The translations under genes were made by a program, and so were the position numbers. The notes beneath the pieces are model-generated. The model made no database searches, was not told where the DNA came from, and saw only the letters and a list, made by a program, of their open reading frames with translations. Shown here one piece after another: positions 1-12,267 of a DNA stretch of 64,000 nt. Every line of letters begins with the position of its first letter. Position 1 is the stretch's first letter. Source of the stretch: Microbotryum violaceum (Eukaryota); assembly GCA_001244265.2 (NCBI GenBank), contig CDLV01000015.1:682001-746000 (forward strand), written 5' to 3'.

Positions 1-1243
1 ATGTCCCAAAGCCGCGCCCGGAAACAGAGGTAGCACGTACGAACTCAACCTCATCAAGTGCCTCCGCCAACTCCCGCTCGATTCCCTGATGCGCTCGACC
101 ATCGGTCTGCAGCGGTATCAATTCCCTTGGTACCCTGTGGTGGAGAGCAATTCTAAAGACGCTTGGTTGACACGGAAACCGAGTGAGATGATGGCGAGCG
201 TGAGGTCGAGGCGCGTACCGTTCATTACGGGGACGGTCTTAGACGAGGGGACCAAGTGAGTCGCGGATATGGTTTCCCCCCCGGCTGTACAAGGCGTTAG
301 TTGACGTTGCGAGAGGATATTAGGTTCACGGACGCTGGCATGGAGTCGGAAGCGAGCATCGAGAATGCGCTGCGCAGTAAGTGATCAGGCCGATCGGGCA
401 GGTCAATGGTACCCACGTGCTCACCTTGTGATTGCAACGAACTAGGGTCTTTTGCTTGGGTGTTCGACAACGTGCAAGACGGCCTCCTCTCCCGACTGTG
501 GGAGCTATACCCCGACGTGCTGCGCCATGGTTCACCCTACAACACCGATCGTGAAACGTTCGGCCTCGCACCCGCGTACAAACGTGCAGCATCCATTTTA
601 GGCGACCTCTTCTTCCGAGCCCCAAAGCTGTTCTTTCTCAATGAGATGAGAGACGTCGCGTCGACTGTTACCGCGAGCGGCAAGCAGTCGATGTGGAATT
701 ACCTCTATTCGTATCAGTCGCCCATTAAATTTGACCCCAAGGCCGGCAGTGAGTGAACGTCAGGTGGCATATTCGTGTCCGAAGCTCACCGCGCTGAGCT
801 GTCGAGGCACCATCGTGCAGTCTCCCATGGTGCCGATCTCGCGGACTGGTTCGGCAAGCCGAGACCCAAGGATCCCAATGCGGATCAGATCGCAAGGATC
901 ATGTCAGCCTATCTCATGTGAGTTCGTCCCGATCTTTCCGTCGACTGAGCGTCACACCCTGAGCACTGATTTCCAACTCTATTCCCGCAGTAATTTCGTC
1001 GCCAATCTCGACCCAAATGGCGTGGATCGTAAGCTCGCACACTCGAACGCAGTAAATTGTGCTTCGCCCCCATCTGACCGGTATTCTTCTTCTACCCCTA
1101 CAGTCCCCCCCTGGCCTCGGTTCAGCAAAAAAGGCGAAACGCTCCACTTCACCAAAGCCGGTCGAGCAATCGTCGGCCGCGACATCGAGCGCCAACCCGC
1201 GATCGACTTCCTCAATGAGAACAATGACTTTTTCGCACGATAA
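1..1243 (+). CDS. Type-B carboxylesterase/lipase, 3' part of a multi-exon gene that starts before the window
   Basis: Spliced exons give VPFITGTVLDEGT, LGDLFFRAP, WNYLYSY, SHGADLADWFG (catalytic His region), NFVANLDPNG and WPRF. GT-AG introns; stop TAA at 1241-1243. Confidence 0.8.
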
Positions 1244-1583
1244 GCTTGCTTGCGTGACGATGTCAAAAGAGAGAGTAGGCCCCTCTTTACTTTTTTCACG
1301 CCAAATCCCCGACGATGTTATGGATTTGGACGTAGTATGGCGTTGCTCTTGAAGACTATGAAGTCCAGAGTGGTTGTAGCGAAAAATGAGTATGTTGTAC
1401 AATTCCAAAGAAGCTGGGGTACGAACAAACTTGGGAGCGAGTAAGCGACAGGACGAAGATGAGGAAAGTAAATATATTTGAACCCGACGGTATCGCGAAC
1501 ATGTACAATGCTACAGCCTGATGACAGCGGCGGACAGCGAATACAAGCCGACTAACAAAAATAGATACAAGCTGTTCCGTCGC

Positions 1584-3092
1584 TCAGGCCAACTCGAGCT
1601 CAGGGAAGCGTTGCGGCAATGAATCGAGCATGCTCGGATGGAAGCCAGCTTCGAACGTGCCAAAGAAGGTGCGTTGGGTACCGGGGAACTTGCGCGCGCG
1701 ATCATTCCCATCGAGGATCGTCAGGCCATCAGGAGCAGCCATCATATGCACCACGACCGCGAAACTTGACGAGCCAATCAACAAGAGGTCGTTATCGGCC
1801 AAGGCGTGCAGATCAGCCATGACGTCGCCCGAGTCGATGAGCGTGTAATCGAACTCGAAGCCCGAGAGGACGTGGTCGTTGTGGGATTCCATCGCGATGC
1901 GGATGTCGAGGCGCTTAAAGCGTTTCTGCGCTTCGTGGATGATCTCGTTGACCGAGGCCGTGGGCATCGAACCTCGGAACTCGGTCGCGTTGTCACTACG
2001 TGCCGTGTCGCCCCATCGGACGTGGATACCGACCGTCAAGGCGCCAGCGTCGCCGGATCCGTCTGGTCGGGTGTTGCGTCGATCGTCGATGCCGCCGAGG
2101 CGTTCGCGCAAGACGTCGGTGTAGCACAGGCTGAGATCGTTGTAGAAGTCGCGACCCACGTCGTCGATGATGATGGAGCAGTTGCGCTTGGCGAGCGAGT
2201 ACCCGACGCGCTGCATCGGACGTCGGTCGTTTTGATCGCCCAAGCACCAACCGCGGATGACCTCCTGTCGCTTCTCGTAGGGAAGGTGATCCGATAATGC
2301 GCACGTTTGCCCCAAAGGGACATAGACGGGTGGTCGTGCCGTGACGGGGTCCCTGAAAATGGGTCCGTTGATCATGTCTGAGGTTGAGTAGTGGTGATGA
2401 CTGTACGAGTCGCCAAGGACAAAGGTGGCCTCGAGCGCTTTTGCGAGAATCCTGCACACATGAGAAAACCGCGAGGAATGAGATGGAAATGTTAGTACCG
2501 AGTACCATTCCGTCACGAAAAGTCTATCGCCGACGAGGATGGCGACGTACATGGATCCTTTGATGTGGTTCAACTGGGAGCCCAAGCCTTCGCGATCGGT
2601 CTTGTCTCTTATGAGGATCCTCTGGGCGACGCGTTGGTTGCCCAAGAAGATCTCTTGGACGCCCTGCACATCCTTGCCTGGTGCAGGACCCCATTGTGCG
2701 ATTCGATTCAAGCCTGATGACGATGTCTTGGAATGGAAGGACCAAGCCGGCTGCTTGGTGTATTGGAACAAGACCGCGAGGCCGGCAATGAGTCCAAAGA
2801 AGAAGATGAACACGCGTAGACCGGTTCCTGTCGAGCTCGAGCTGCTCAATAAGCCGCCACGAGAACGACGTGATAACGAAAGACCAGAAGAGGCGCCACA
2901 CGAGCAGCAGCTCATCGTTCCACGGGTCGAGGACGAGATCGGATCGTCCGCGCCGTCATCGTTGGTGTGCATCGGCAGGGCGTGGTGGTACCCGTCTTCG
3001 CCATCGTCCTCGCCGTGCGATAGCATGGGCGAGTTGTCGTTCATCAACCCATGCAGCTCGCTCGAGCTAGCCTTTTCACGCATGAAGGGCAT
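1584..3092 (-). CDS. Type II membrane glycosyltransferase, fucosyltransferase-like (GT11/GT23-like GT-B fold)
   Basis: Single TM segment VFIFFFGLIAGLAVLFQY, followed by EGLGSQL (GLGNQ-like), VGIHVRWGD (HVRxGD-like donor-binding motif) and GSSSFA. One probable in-frame intron at ~2455-2550. Confidence 0.6.
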   Translation of the reverse strand: MPFMREKASSSELHGLMNDNSPMLSHGEDDGEDGYHHALPMHTNDDGADDPISSSTRGTMSCCSCGASSGLSLSRRSRGGLLSSSSSTGTGLRVFIFFFGLIAGLAVLFQYTKQPAWSFHSKTSSSGLNRIAQWGPAPGKDVQGVQEIFLGNQRVAQRILIRDKTDREGLGSQLNHIKGSMYVAILVGDRLFVTEWYSVLTFPSHSSRFSHVCRILAKALEATFVLGDSYSHHHYSTSDMINGPIFRDPVTARPPVYVPLGQTCALSDHLPYEKRQEVIRGWCLGDQNDRRPMQRVGYSLAKRNCSIIIDDVGRDFYNDLSLCYTDVLRERLGGIDDRRNTRPDGSGDAGALTVGIHVRWGDTARSDNATEFRGSMPTASVNEIIHEAQKRFKRLDIRIAMESHNDHVLSGFEFDYTLIDSGDVMADLHALADNDLLLIGSSSFAVVVHMMAAPDGLTILDGNDRARKFPGTQRTFFGTFEAGFHPSMLDSLPQRFPELELA

Positions 3093-3650
3093 GCTGGTGC
3101 GGGTATTTGTGCTGGGGTGCGTCGTACAGGAGAGAGAGCGAAGTGGCAATGATTGACAGGGGAAGGCGCCTCAACGCCCAGGTTCGGCCCAGCCCAAACC
3201 TTTGTCGTGCACGCGCCTCGACGCGCCCGAAGCTCCCGGCGCAGGCGCGTCCAACCGCGCCATCACCTGTCTCTCAGGCCTGTCAGGTCTCAGATCCTCG
3301 ACGCCGAGCCACATAGTAGGCCCGACAAAGACCGAACTCCACAAGTCGGGCACTTCCGGTCTGAGGACGACATCATGTCACAGCTTTGTTAAGACCTTCA
3401 CTATCTAGTAGTATCTACCCTTGGATTCGCCCTGCTGTGAACATCCAGCCTCAACTTCAGGCTCTCTCCCATCCATCTTTTTCGCAATTTCATCCTTAAT
3501 TGCAGAACCCTCTTAAATCTGAAACTAGCCAATTCGAAACGGTTCAAACCCCCGAGACTTGGAACTCCGGAAAACCGCCAGGCACGAGAAAGGGTAGCTC
3601 CTGTATCGACAGGCCCGGGCGTACGCCCCTTTGTGCGCTGCTACGCCGGC

Positions 3651-6600
3651 TCAGGAACGCGCATTGAGTAGGCCCAAGAGCTGGCCTGAATGTGCGGTAG
3701 TCTTCAAACCTGTCGGAGGAGTAGAGCTTTCATACATCCCAAAAGGGGGAGGGACCATGCTTTGCGACGAAGGGGCAGGAGCCGCGAAGGAAGTGCTCGC
3801 GACGCCGCTTGCTTGAGGGTTTCCTATCGGATGCTGAGGGTACTGGTACCCACCGTTGGGAGGCTGTTGCAAATGCATGCTTTGCGGAGATCGATTCGAA
3901 TAACCCTGGTGTTGTACGTAAGGTGGGTGTTGTTGCAGGGTGATAAACGAACCAGGTGCCGTAGGGTAGGGGTTCTGATAGTTAGGGACGGAGGGCGCTT
4001 GAGGTGTGAAGTAATATCCACCGGGAACGAAGTGGGAGTGGGAGGCTTGGGGAGATGGTTGTGGTGGGTGTTGCATGTGGGGTGAGACGACGTAGCCAGG
4101 CTGCGCGTAGTATCCTCCCGGAACAGGGGGCAAAGAGGGTTGGGAGGGGATCTGGTTCGCGAGCGCTCCGCCTCCGAACGGCGGTGTCGCGTTCGGTCGT
4201 GTAAGGTCCGGCAAATGTATCTGCTGCATTAGAGCTGTCGGAGGTTGAGAGACGGGAGCTGTTTGGTACGCTTGAGATGCGGGAGGCAAGACTTGAGTCA
4301 TTGCCTCCACGTGTTGATAGGCCTGCGGTGTCGCGGACGAGAGCGAAGCGGTGGGAGTCGGAGCCTTGCCGTTCAGGATCGAGAGGAGATTGACGCCCTT
4401 CGAAGCTGAGATAGCAGTGTGCAGTGTGCTTACAGCGCGCCGACTTCCATCACTCGAACCGGAATGGTGGGAGAGCCTAGACTCGAGCGGCAAAGGCAAG
4501 CTTGCCGAATGATGCTCTATCGACGGCATCGATTCATGCAGAACCGCGTGCTGCTTTGACCACGGGGAATGCACACCTCCCACTGGGCGGCCTTGTTCGA
4601 TCCAGTCATCGCGGGCGGCGTCAAGTTCATCGAACGCCTGCTTCGTGTTTCGTGCTTGGCTTCCCGCCGACGAGGACCAGCGCTCTTCGCCCGATTCTTC
4701 GGGTTCGAGAGGCATCAAAGTGCCTTGGCGACCTAACCCTATTCGAGCCGCCGTCAACTGCTTCTCAGTCGCCGTGATAGGCCATCCACGCTGATCGAGA
4801 TCGTCGTCCTGGAGCGAGAGGTTTGCAAGCGAGGACGATACCACCGGAGGCGTGACTCCAGTGCTTCGCCGACTGGGACTTGCAGAATTGAAGAGCGCGC
4901 GAACGCCTGTTGACGATGGGGTTGTGGGCGGGTGATGACCAACAGGTGCGGATGCCACACTCGACAATGCCCTCAGCAGCGCGTTCCTCTTCTCCTGGCG
5001 TTCGGCCTGCCCCCGTTCAGCATGGGTGGCCACGTGCTCAACACCAAAGCCCTTGGCCTCGGGAGGCGGCTGTGAGTTGTCGAACAGCATCGACGGTGAT
5101 GCATTCGTTCGTAGCGGCGACGACGCATCGGGCAAAAGATTCGGACTCGGCTTCGGTGACGACACGCTGCGTGACTGGCCTTGACCCCGAAGGATGCCGA
5201 GCAGATTCATCTTGTTGTTCGGCAGAGACAGAGGCGGCTTGGCAGGTGGAGGCGGAGGCGGGGACGTCTGACTCGCCAGCAAGGCGAGCAACTTGTCGGT
5301 CTGGTGGATCGAGGTTTGCGGTTTAGGTTGGACAAAGGACGACTGCCGTTCGTACGCGACGTGGGGAAGAGTCGTGCCCGCACTTGAAAACCTTTCTCTT
5401 GTGCTGAGACCAGGCGAGTCTTCTCGCACTTCGGCAGATTGCGCGTTGGATTGGAACGGAGGGAATGCCGATGGTAGCGGGAGAGGTGGTTGGTGCTGAA
5501 CAGCCGATTCCTTCGGCGGCGAGCCACCGAAAAAGAACGCATTCAACGCATCTGTCGCCTCCTGGGTCGATTCGAACTCTTTCGCTGCGAGTGGGGCGCT
5601 GGCGGAGTACACCTCTACGTCGGTCAGATAATCGTCCTCTGTTGTCGAGCCGAACCCAGATGGCGATGTAGACAGCTCGGGCTCGGGCTCAGAGTCGATG
5701 GCCGCCCTAGATGTGGGTGCTGGGGCGATGGGGATTGCAGACACGGGCGCTCGTTTGCGCACGTTCTTTGGCTTGTTGCGCTCGATCCATAGCTTGAGGT
5801 GTCTGGTGAAGAGGAAGGACAGTTGAGTAACCATACATCCAAAGACCGGTGAGGGAAGGAGGACGCACGACATGAATGGGGTAACCATGTAGAACTTAGC
5901 CTGCTTGCCCTCGATCTGGCTCGCATTCTTCTTGCCCTTCTTGTCCTTTTGCCATGTCGGCAAATCGCTCAGCTTGAACCAGTCAATTTTCTGTTAATAT
6001 AAATGTACGACTAGGGTCAATTATGCACGTAATTCGCTGGAAAGAATTATCGTTACTCACCGAAATCTCTTTTCGAGTTCTCGTTTCAAAGTAGGTGTCT
6101 TCGTGTATCCCAGGAATAAGATAAAGCCGGATCTTCTGCTCCTTGATGACGAGTTCGACGTAGTAGGGTACTCTTTCGGCAGGTTCTTGCTCGACGTAGT
6201 TGGTTTGAAGCTGCTCGGGTGGGAACGCCGAAGAAAGGTCGTAGCCTGTCTCTTCCAAGACCTATCGATTTGGGGAGTCAGCGCCGCTTTTCGCACCGGC
6301 GACATTGGTTCAGATCCGTCTTGATGTGCATGGACTCACCTCTCGTACGGCACACATCCCTTCTGGCTCGCCCTTGTTGATTTTGCCTCTTGGGAACGAC
6401 CACGAAGCACCTTTGTTCCACCCTTTGACGAGCAAAACCTTGGGTGGAGGCAAGCGGAGAGTTAGGTCAATCCACGCACGGGAGGTTTGAAACAACAGTT
6501 CGTCAATTACCTTGTCCCAATATTGCGAGATGAGAATGGCGCCGCAGACGGGCACCCGTTCTTTGTAGGCCATGAAGCTGGTCCAAATCTGTTGATGGCT

Positions 6601-7309
6601 CGGGATCAACTGTGGACCGTCGGGAAAGGAGGTGGGCGTTAGGAACGGCCGTTCGTTGATAGAAGGTAGAGCTAATCGACTTGCATCATGTAGGAGTGCA
6701 CACGATCTGAACATGAGCAGAGAGAAGGCCTTGAGGCCGTATGAGGGCAGCGGGTTGAGTGCCGATGGCCGCACAAAGTCCTCGTAGTACCAATGCCTGT
6801 GGAGATTATTGTTCAGATGAGTTGACGTGTCCTGTAGCATCTTTGAGGTGCTTGCGCAGTGGGTCGGTTGAAGAGTACCGTGCAGCGTGCCCTTGTACGA
6901 TGTAGCACGACGTAGCACGGCCTCGGACACGACGTCCTCTGCCCGCTCATGCCATGCCCAGCATCAACCCGCGTTCATCCGATCGTGTTCTTCGTTGATG
7001 ACGCTGTTTCTCTTCGCCATGGTCTGTGGCCAGTCTCCAATGACGCCGCAGGCGCCAGGCCGCCGTCCAGACGATGGTTCCCCACCCTGGATCCCCAGCG
7101 ATGGAACCAGCAACTCACGCCTGCTCAATCTGGAAGCATATCCGATCCATGCTGACGAGTTCCTCCGTCGGCAAGTTGACGATGAACCTCGCGCATAGGT
7201 CCTCGAGCGTATGATCCAACGTCAACGAGGCAAAGTAGGAGGAGGAGGACGGCGACGATGACGAGGCGGCTATCGTGGAGGCTAAGGTGGGGCCATCATG
7301 GTACGACAT
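3651..7309 (-). CDS. DCP2: mRNA decapping enzyme catalytic subunit Dcp2 (multi-exon)
   Basis: Box A: LEDLCARFIVNLP...RICFQIEQAHWYYEDF. Also YKERVPVCGAIL, the Nudix box WSFPRGKINKGEPEGMCAVREV/EETG, FETRTRKEIS, and a long disordered C-terminus. Confidence 0.95.
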
Positions 7310-8206
7310 GTCGGACAGGCGCGGTGGGTGACTCGATCGTAGCCTCGAGTCTTTGATGAGCAACTTGGTAGGTGGTGGTGGTGGTGGTGGTGCGTAGGCA
7401 GAGAGAGAGAGGAAGGAATCGGCCAGCGCGCTTTGTTCGACTGGTCCGCTCAGAAAGGGGGTGTGGTTTCTGGTGGTTCCTGGGATCGATCCTGGGGGTT
7501 CCCCACCCAGCAGTCCGGCCAGTGTCAGCCATCACCTGTGGTTTCGATGCGATCCCATTCTTGCTACAATCAAAACAAATCAAAACAGGCTCACTCACGC
7601 TCTGCAGGTGAGTGACCAACGATAATTCGCAGATTTCCGAAGCCACTGCATCTGTGTACATGTGAGTCGCTCCCGACTCGAAGCTCGGAGTCCGCTGTCT
7701 TCATCCTCCTGTCAGCCCCTGTCAAGCAGCGAGCCAGCGGAGAGATACAGCAAAGTGTTAGGCGTACTTGCGCAAGAACCCCAGCCTATACCCTGCTTGG
7801 ACCCGGGCAGGGCGTTACCTGCAACTTGCCGGCATCCCATTGGCAACTCGCCTCCGAGCCCAAATCCGACACGTCGAGTCGGATCTCATGATTGTCAACG
7901 TCATTTTGCAATCTTAGGTCGAGCCAGGAGTGGTCCTCGCGACCAATTGAATTATAAGAAATTTCTGCGATATTGCTCTGGGTTGCAAGCGCTGTCTCAC
8001 TGTGTCACGTAGATAAGTTGAAATCGGGCGGCTGTGCAGTGGCGTGCGGCGTGTGGCGGCGCGTAATAGCGGCTTCGATCCGAAGATAGTCCGTGTCACG
8101 GGGATCGATAAGGACCCGGCTCTTGCTCGTCCGACCATTCAAAGCCACGAGTGGGCCCCCCACCTCGGTCTCGCTTAGACCACAGGTGCTCTCCGGTCAT
8201 TGGACG

Positions 8207-11200
8207 ATGGCTCAGAAGCGGATGGAGGCCGCGCTAGGCTCCATCTTTTTACCTCGTGACTCGGTGTACGCGCACCTCGATGACGATCTCGACGAGGAGG
8301 ACGGCGTCGGTGCACCCTTCTCACCGAGTCAGCAGCATCAGCTGCATCACCACCCCCTATCGCCGCCAGTCCACGCACCCATACACGACCAGGTGGAAGC
8401 CAACCCATCACTCGAAACGGATGATCCGTTTGCTTCACCGTCTCAGCTCCACCAGCCTCTCCAGCACGATAGCAGCACCAGCAGCAACAGCGTTCGGCCG
8501 TTCGATCGTTCACCGCGCCGAGCCGCCGACGCGCCGACCGCCGCCATGGTCGCTGATCCGACTCTGGGACCGACCACGACCACCACGTCGGCCCTGATGG
8601 AATCGAGAACATCCCCATTCTTATCGGATCAGATCCCCTCCCCGACTGAAGCTCTTTCATCACCACAGCAGCCGCAGTCTTCCGCCCCGCCCAGCTTGGA
8701 GCCACCCCCACTTACTTCTCCTACCGCCACGCCGAGTCGGTCCAGTCATGCGACGACCAGTGCCAGATCGCACGAGAGAACGCTTTCGGGTCACCACCTA
8801 TCTGGATCCATGTCGACTCACAACTCGCCCAGCCTAATGCACCTCTTGTCGGGCCAACGGATCCCCGAAGCCTCACCTCGTCATCTCAGCTCGCCAGGCT
8901 CGACACAGCGGCCACAGCATCGCTACGGGACGGAGCACAGTCGGGACTTGCGGGAAACCATCGCAAATGGGGATGTATTGTCGCTGTGAGTTGGTGAATG
9001 CGCACCGGAGTCCACTGATAGCAGGACCCGGCAAGCTCACTCGGGCTCCCCACCAATCAGGAGCGAATCGAGAGCACTGGCCGCGTCATTGCCACCACCA
9101 CCTTCAGCGCTTTCACCACCTTCGTCTCACATGTCCGATCAAGACGACATCGAAGATGAAGACGAAGATGACGACGAGGCCCCACCGGATTTCACCACCC
9201 GAGTGCCCCTCATGTCGTCGCAAAAGAAGCGAATCTCGTCTTCGGCAAAGTCAACGGCTTCGTCCTGGGTCCCAAGTCATGACGTACGACTCGGTGGTCG
9301 TCGGTCGGGACCTAGAAGAGGTATATTGGGCACTGCGTCGACGGCTTCCGCTGCATCCGAGGGAGGTTCGTCCCGGAGAGGAGGAGGCAGGCGGATGGCG
9401 GCGAAAGAACGGGCGTTGTGGAGGTGGATCAACGTCGAGGACCTAGATGGGTTTCTGCAGCAGGTTTACATCTACTACGTTGGCAAAGGCATCGTTGCGA
9501 TTGGTCTGAGTCGGTTGTTGAACTTGCTGTGAGTGGGTGCGCGAGTGGAGTGATTCCCCGCGGCAAGTCTGCGGGCTGACAGGAAAGGTTCTTCGGTGGG
9601 GCAGGACGGTCGGATGGGTCATCGCCTTCTCGACGTTCCTCATGGGGTGCATCGACTATTCTATACTGTGGAACTCGCATCATCTCTCGGAGGTGGTTGT
9701 GTCAAAGTGTATCTCGAGGTAAGAGCGTCTCACATGATCCTCCTCACGGTTTTCTCGCAGGCTGACGGGGAAATCACTTGCCGTAGATTCTCTGGTCTTA
9801 CATTCCTCATCGCCGTCTCCTTCACTGCATTTTATTGTTGGCGCATCGTGCGATTCGGGATGGGTGTAGGCAAGTTGTGGGAGATGCATGAATTCTTCAC
9901 GGAACTGCTCGAAATACCCGAGGTCAGCACAACGGTCTAGACATCCGCAGCTCGGGGAAGTGTTGCTCACACGACCGAAACTCATGTTTTTGGGGCAGAA
10001 TGATATCCAAGCGATCCCCTGGCACGCCATTGTTACCCGCTTGTCGGCGCTTCGGGCGACTCATCCCGCTGCTCTCTCATCTCGGTCTAATTCGGCCACT
10101 GAAAGTCAGGGCGGCGCGCCGTCCCGGCTCGATGCTCACGACGTCGCGAACCGCATAATGCGAGAGGAGAACTACCTCATCGCATTGTTCAACAAGGGTG
10201 TGCTCGACCTCTCTATCCCTCTGCCTTCTCTTCTCGATCGACTTTTGGCGGGTCGGTCTCCAAAATGGGGGGCATCGATGCTGACGCAGACGCTAGAATG
10301 GAACCTTAGCTTTTGCCTCGTCGGCTTCTTATTTGGGAGGGATGGACAAGTCAGGAGGGCGTTCTTGATGGAAAAGAATAAGAAGGAGCTGGTGGAGGCG
10401 CTGCGGAGACGTTTTATCCTCATGGGGTTGATCAATGCCGTCTTTGCGCCGTTCATTGTGATCTACTTGCTCATGTATTCGTTCTTCCGGTACTTTGAGG
10501 TGGGTCGGTGCTCTTAATGCTTTGCACACGATTCGTTGCTTACATCGACGATTCTCACTTGCGTAGGAGTACCACAAGAATCCGTCTTCGATTGGTTCTC
10601 GACAGTTTACTCCACTAGCGCGGTGGAAGTTCCGCGAGTTCAACGAGCTACCTCACCTCTTCAGCCAACGCCTCGCCCAAGCCCACCCTCTCGCCGATTC
10701 TTACATCAATCAATACCCTAAAGCGCGTACGGCATTGATCTCACGCTTTGTCGCCTTCCTCGCCGGTTCCTTTGCGGCCGTCTTGATCCTCTTTTCCTTA
10801 ATCGACCCCGACGCGTTCCTCCATTTCGAGATCACGCCCGGACGGACGGTTTTATTCTACATCGGTGTCTTTGGAACGATCCTCGCCGTCGCTCGAGGAA
10901 TGGTGCCGGACGATCACAAGATCGTCGACCCCGCCGAAACGATGCGTGAACTGGTCCAACACACGCATTACCTCCCCAACGAATGGAAGGACAACCTCCA
11001 TTCTTCCGGCGTTCACGCCGAATTCGGCAGCTTGTTCCAGATGAAGATCGTCTTATTCGTCAAGGAGATCCTCTCGGTCATTGTCACACCCTTTGTGCTG
11101 TGGTATACCCTTCCTCGATGTGCGGGACCGATTGTGGATTTCTTCAGGGAGTTTACGATTCATGTCGATGGGTTGGGATATGTGTGCTCATTCGCGGTGT

Positions 11201-12116
11201 TTGACTTCAAGAGGCATGGCGATACAAAGGTGAGAGTGAAACGGTATTAGAGTGTGAGAGCGACAGGGACTCGAGAGAGCTGAACTCGGTCCATCTTGTT
11301 TTTCAGTTCGGCGCGCCCGTTCAAGTCCGTGACGAACGGTTCCAATCGACCGAAGGCAAGATGGAGAAATCGCTGCTCACTTTTGCGGCGCATAACCCAG
11401 CCTGGGTACCTAGGGATCAAACGCAGTCGCTTTTCCTCAGTCGAATGATCGACGTTACTAGTCCTACTCATCGGCCTGGATCACCTTCCTTCGGTGCGAG
11501 CGGTGGTGGTGCAGGGGGTGGAATGCATCTCGGTGTTAGTACGAGTCATCTCTTGGGACAAGCGCAAGCGCATCATCGGTTCATGGGATCAAGTCTTCTC
11601 TCACCACCTCTACATCATCGCACCACTTCGAATCGGACGGCGCCGGGTGCAGGGCCGGGAGTGGTGGGAGCAGGAGCGGGCAATCGCTCATTCGAGGATT
11701 TGGTTGAGGAAGGGGCGTCGACGACATTAGAATCAAGGGCAAATATGTCATCCAGCCTCGGCGGCTCTAAAATCTTTACCAACCAACCCATATCGACCGG
11801 TCCCGCTAGAAGAGGCGGTTACCTGCACGTCGGCGAGCCAAGTCGAAATCGACCTACGGCTTTGAACACCCCGCGCGTCGGAGCTCGGATGGCTCAAGCG
11901 ATCGATAAAGACTTGGAGGAGAACAAATCACCTATTTTGGAAGAATCGAGATTGGATGGGGAGGCGTTCGTGGCTCGGTTCGATGGGTCTTCTTCGGCGC
12001 ACGAGGAAGGGGTCGGAGAGGGTTCACGAGCTGGGGACGATCTCGAGGGTGGGGGTAGGGACGGGGTCAAGGGCATGTTGGGGGAGTTGTATAATCTACA
12101 GGGGAAGAAGTGGTGA
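8207..12116 (+). CDS. ATG9: Autophagy-related protein 9 (lipid scramblase), multi-exon
   Basis: ERALWRWINVEDLDGFLQQVYIYYVGKG, RLDAHDVANRIMREENYLIALFNK, LEWNLSFC, FREFNELPHLF, IVDFFREFTIHVDGLGYVCSFAVFDF, GKMEKSLL. The start codon is the best guess. Confidence 0.95.
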
Positions 12117-12267
12117 GGCTGGTGTCTCTTTGAAGAAGGATTTCGCGGAGTCTTCCTTTCTCGTTGTGGTAGGCATCTCGAGGAGTCTTGTTGTGAGATA
12201 CATTCTCTAGATATACACTTCCATTGCACACACTTTGTTTGATCGCGATACTGAAACACGCCCCATT

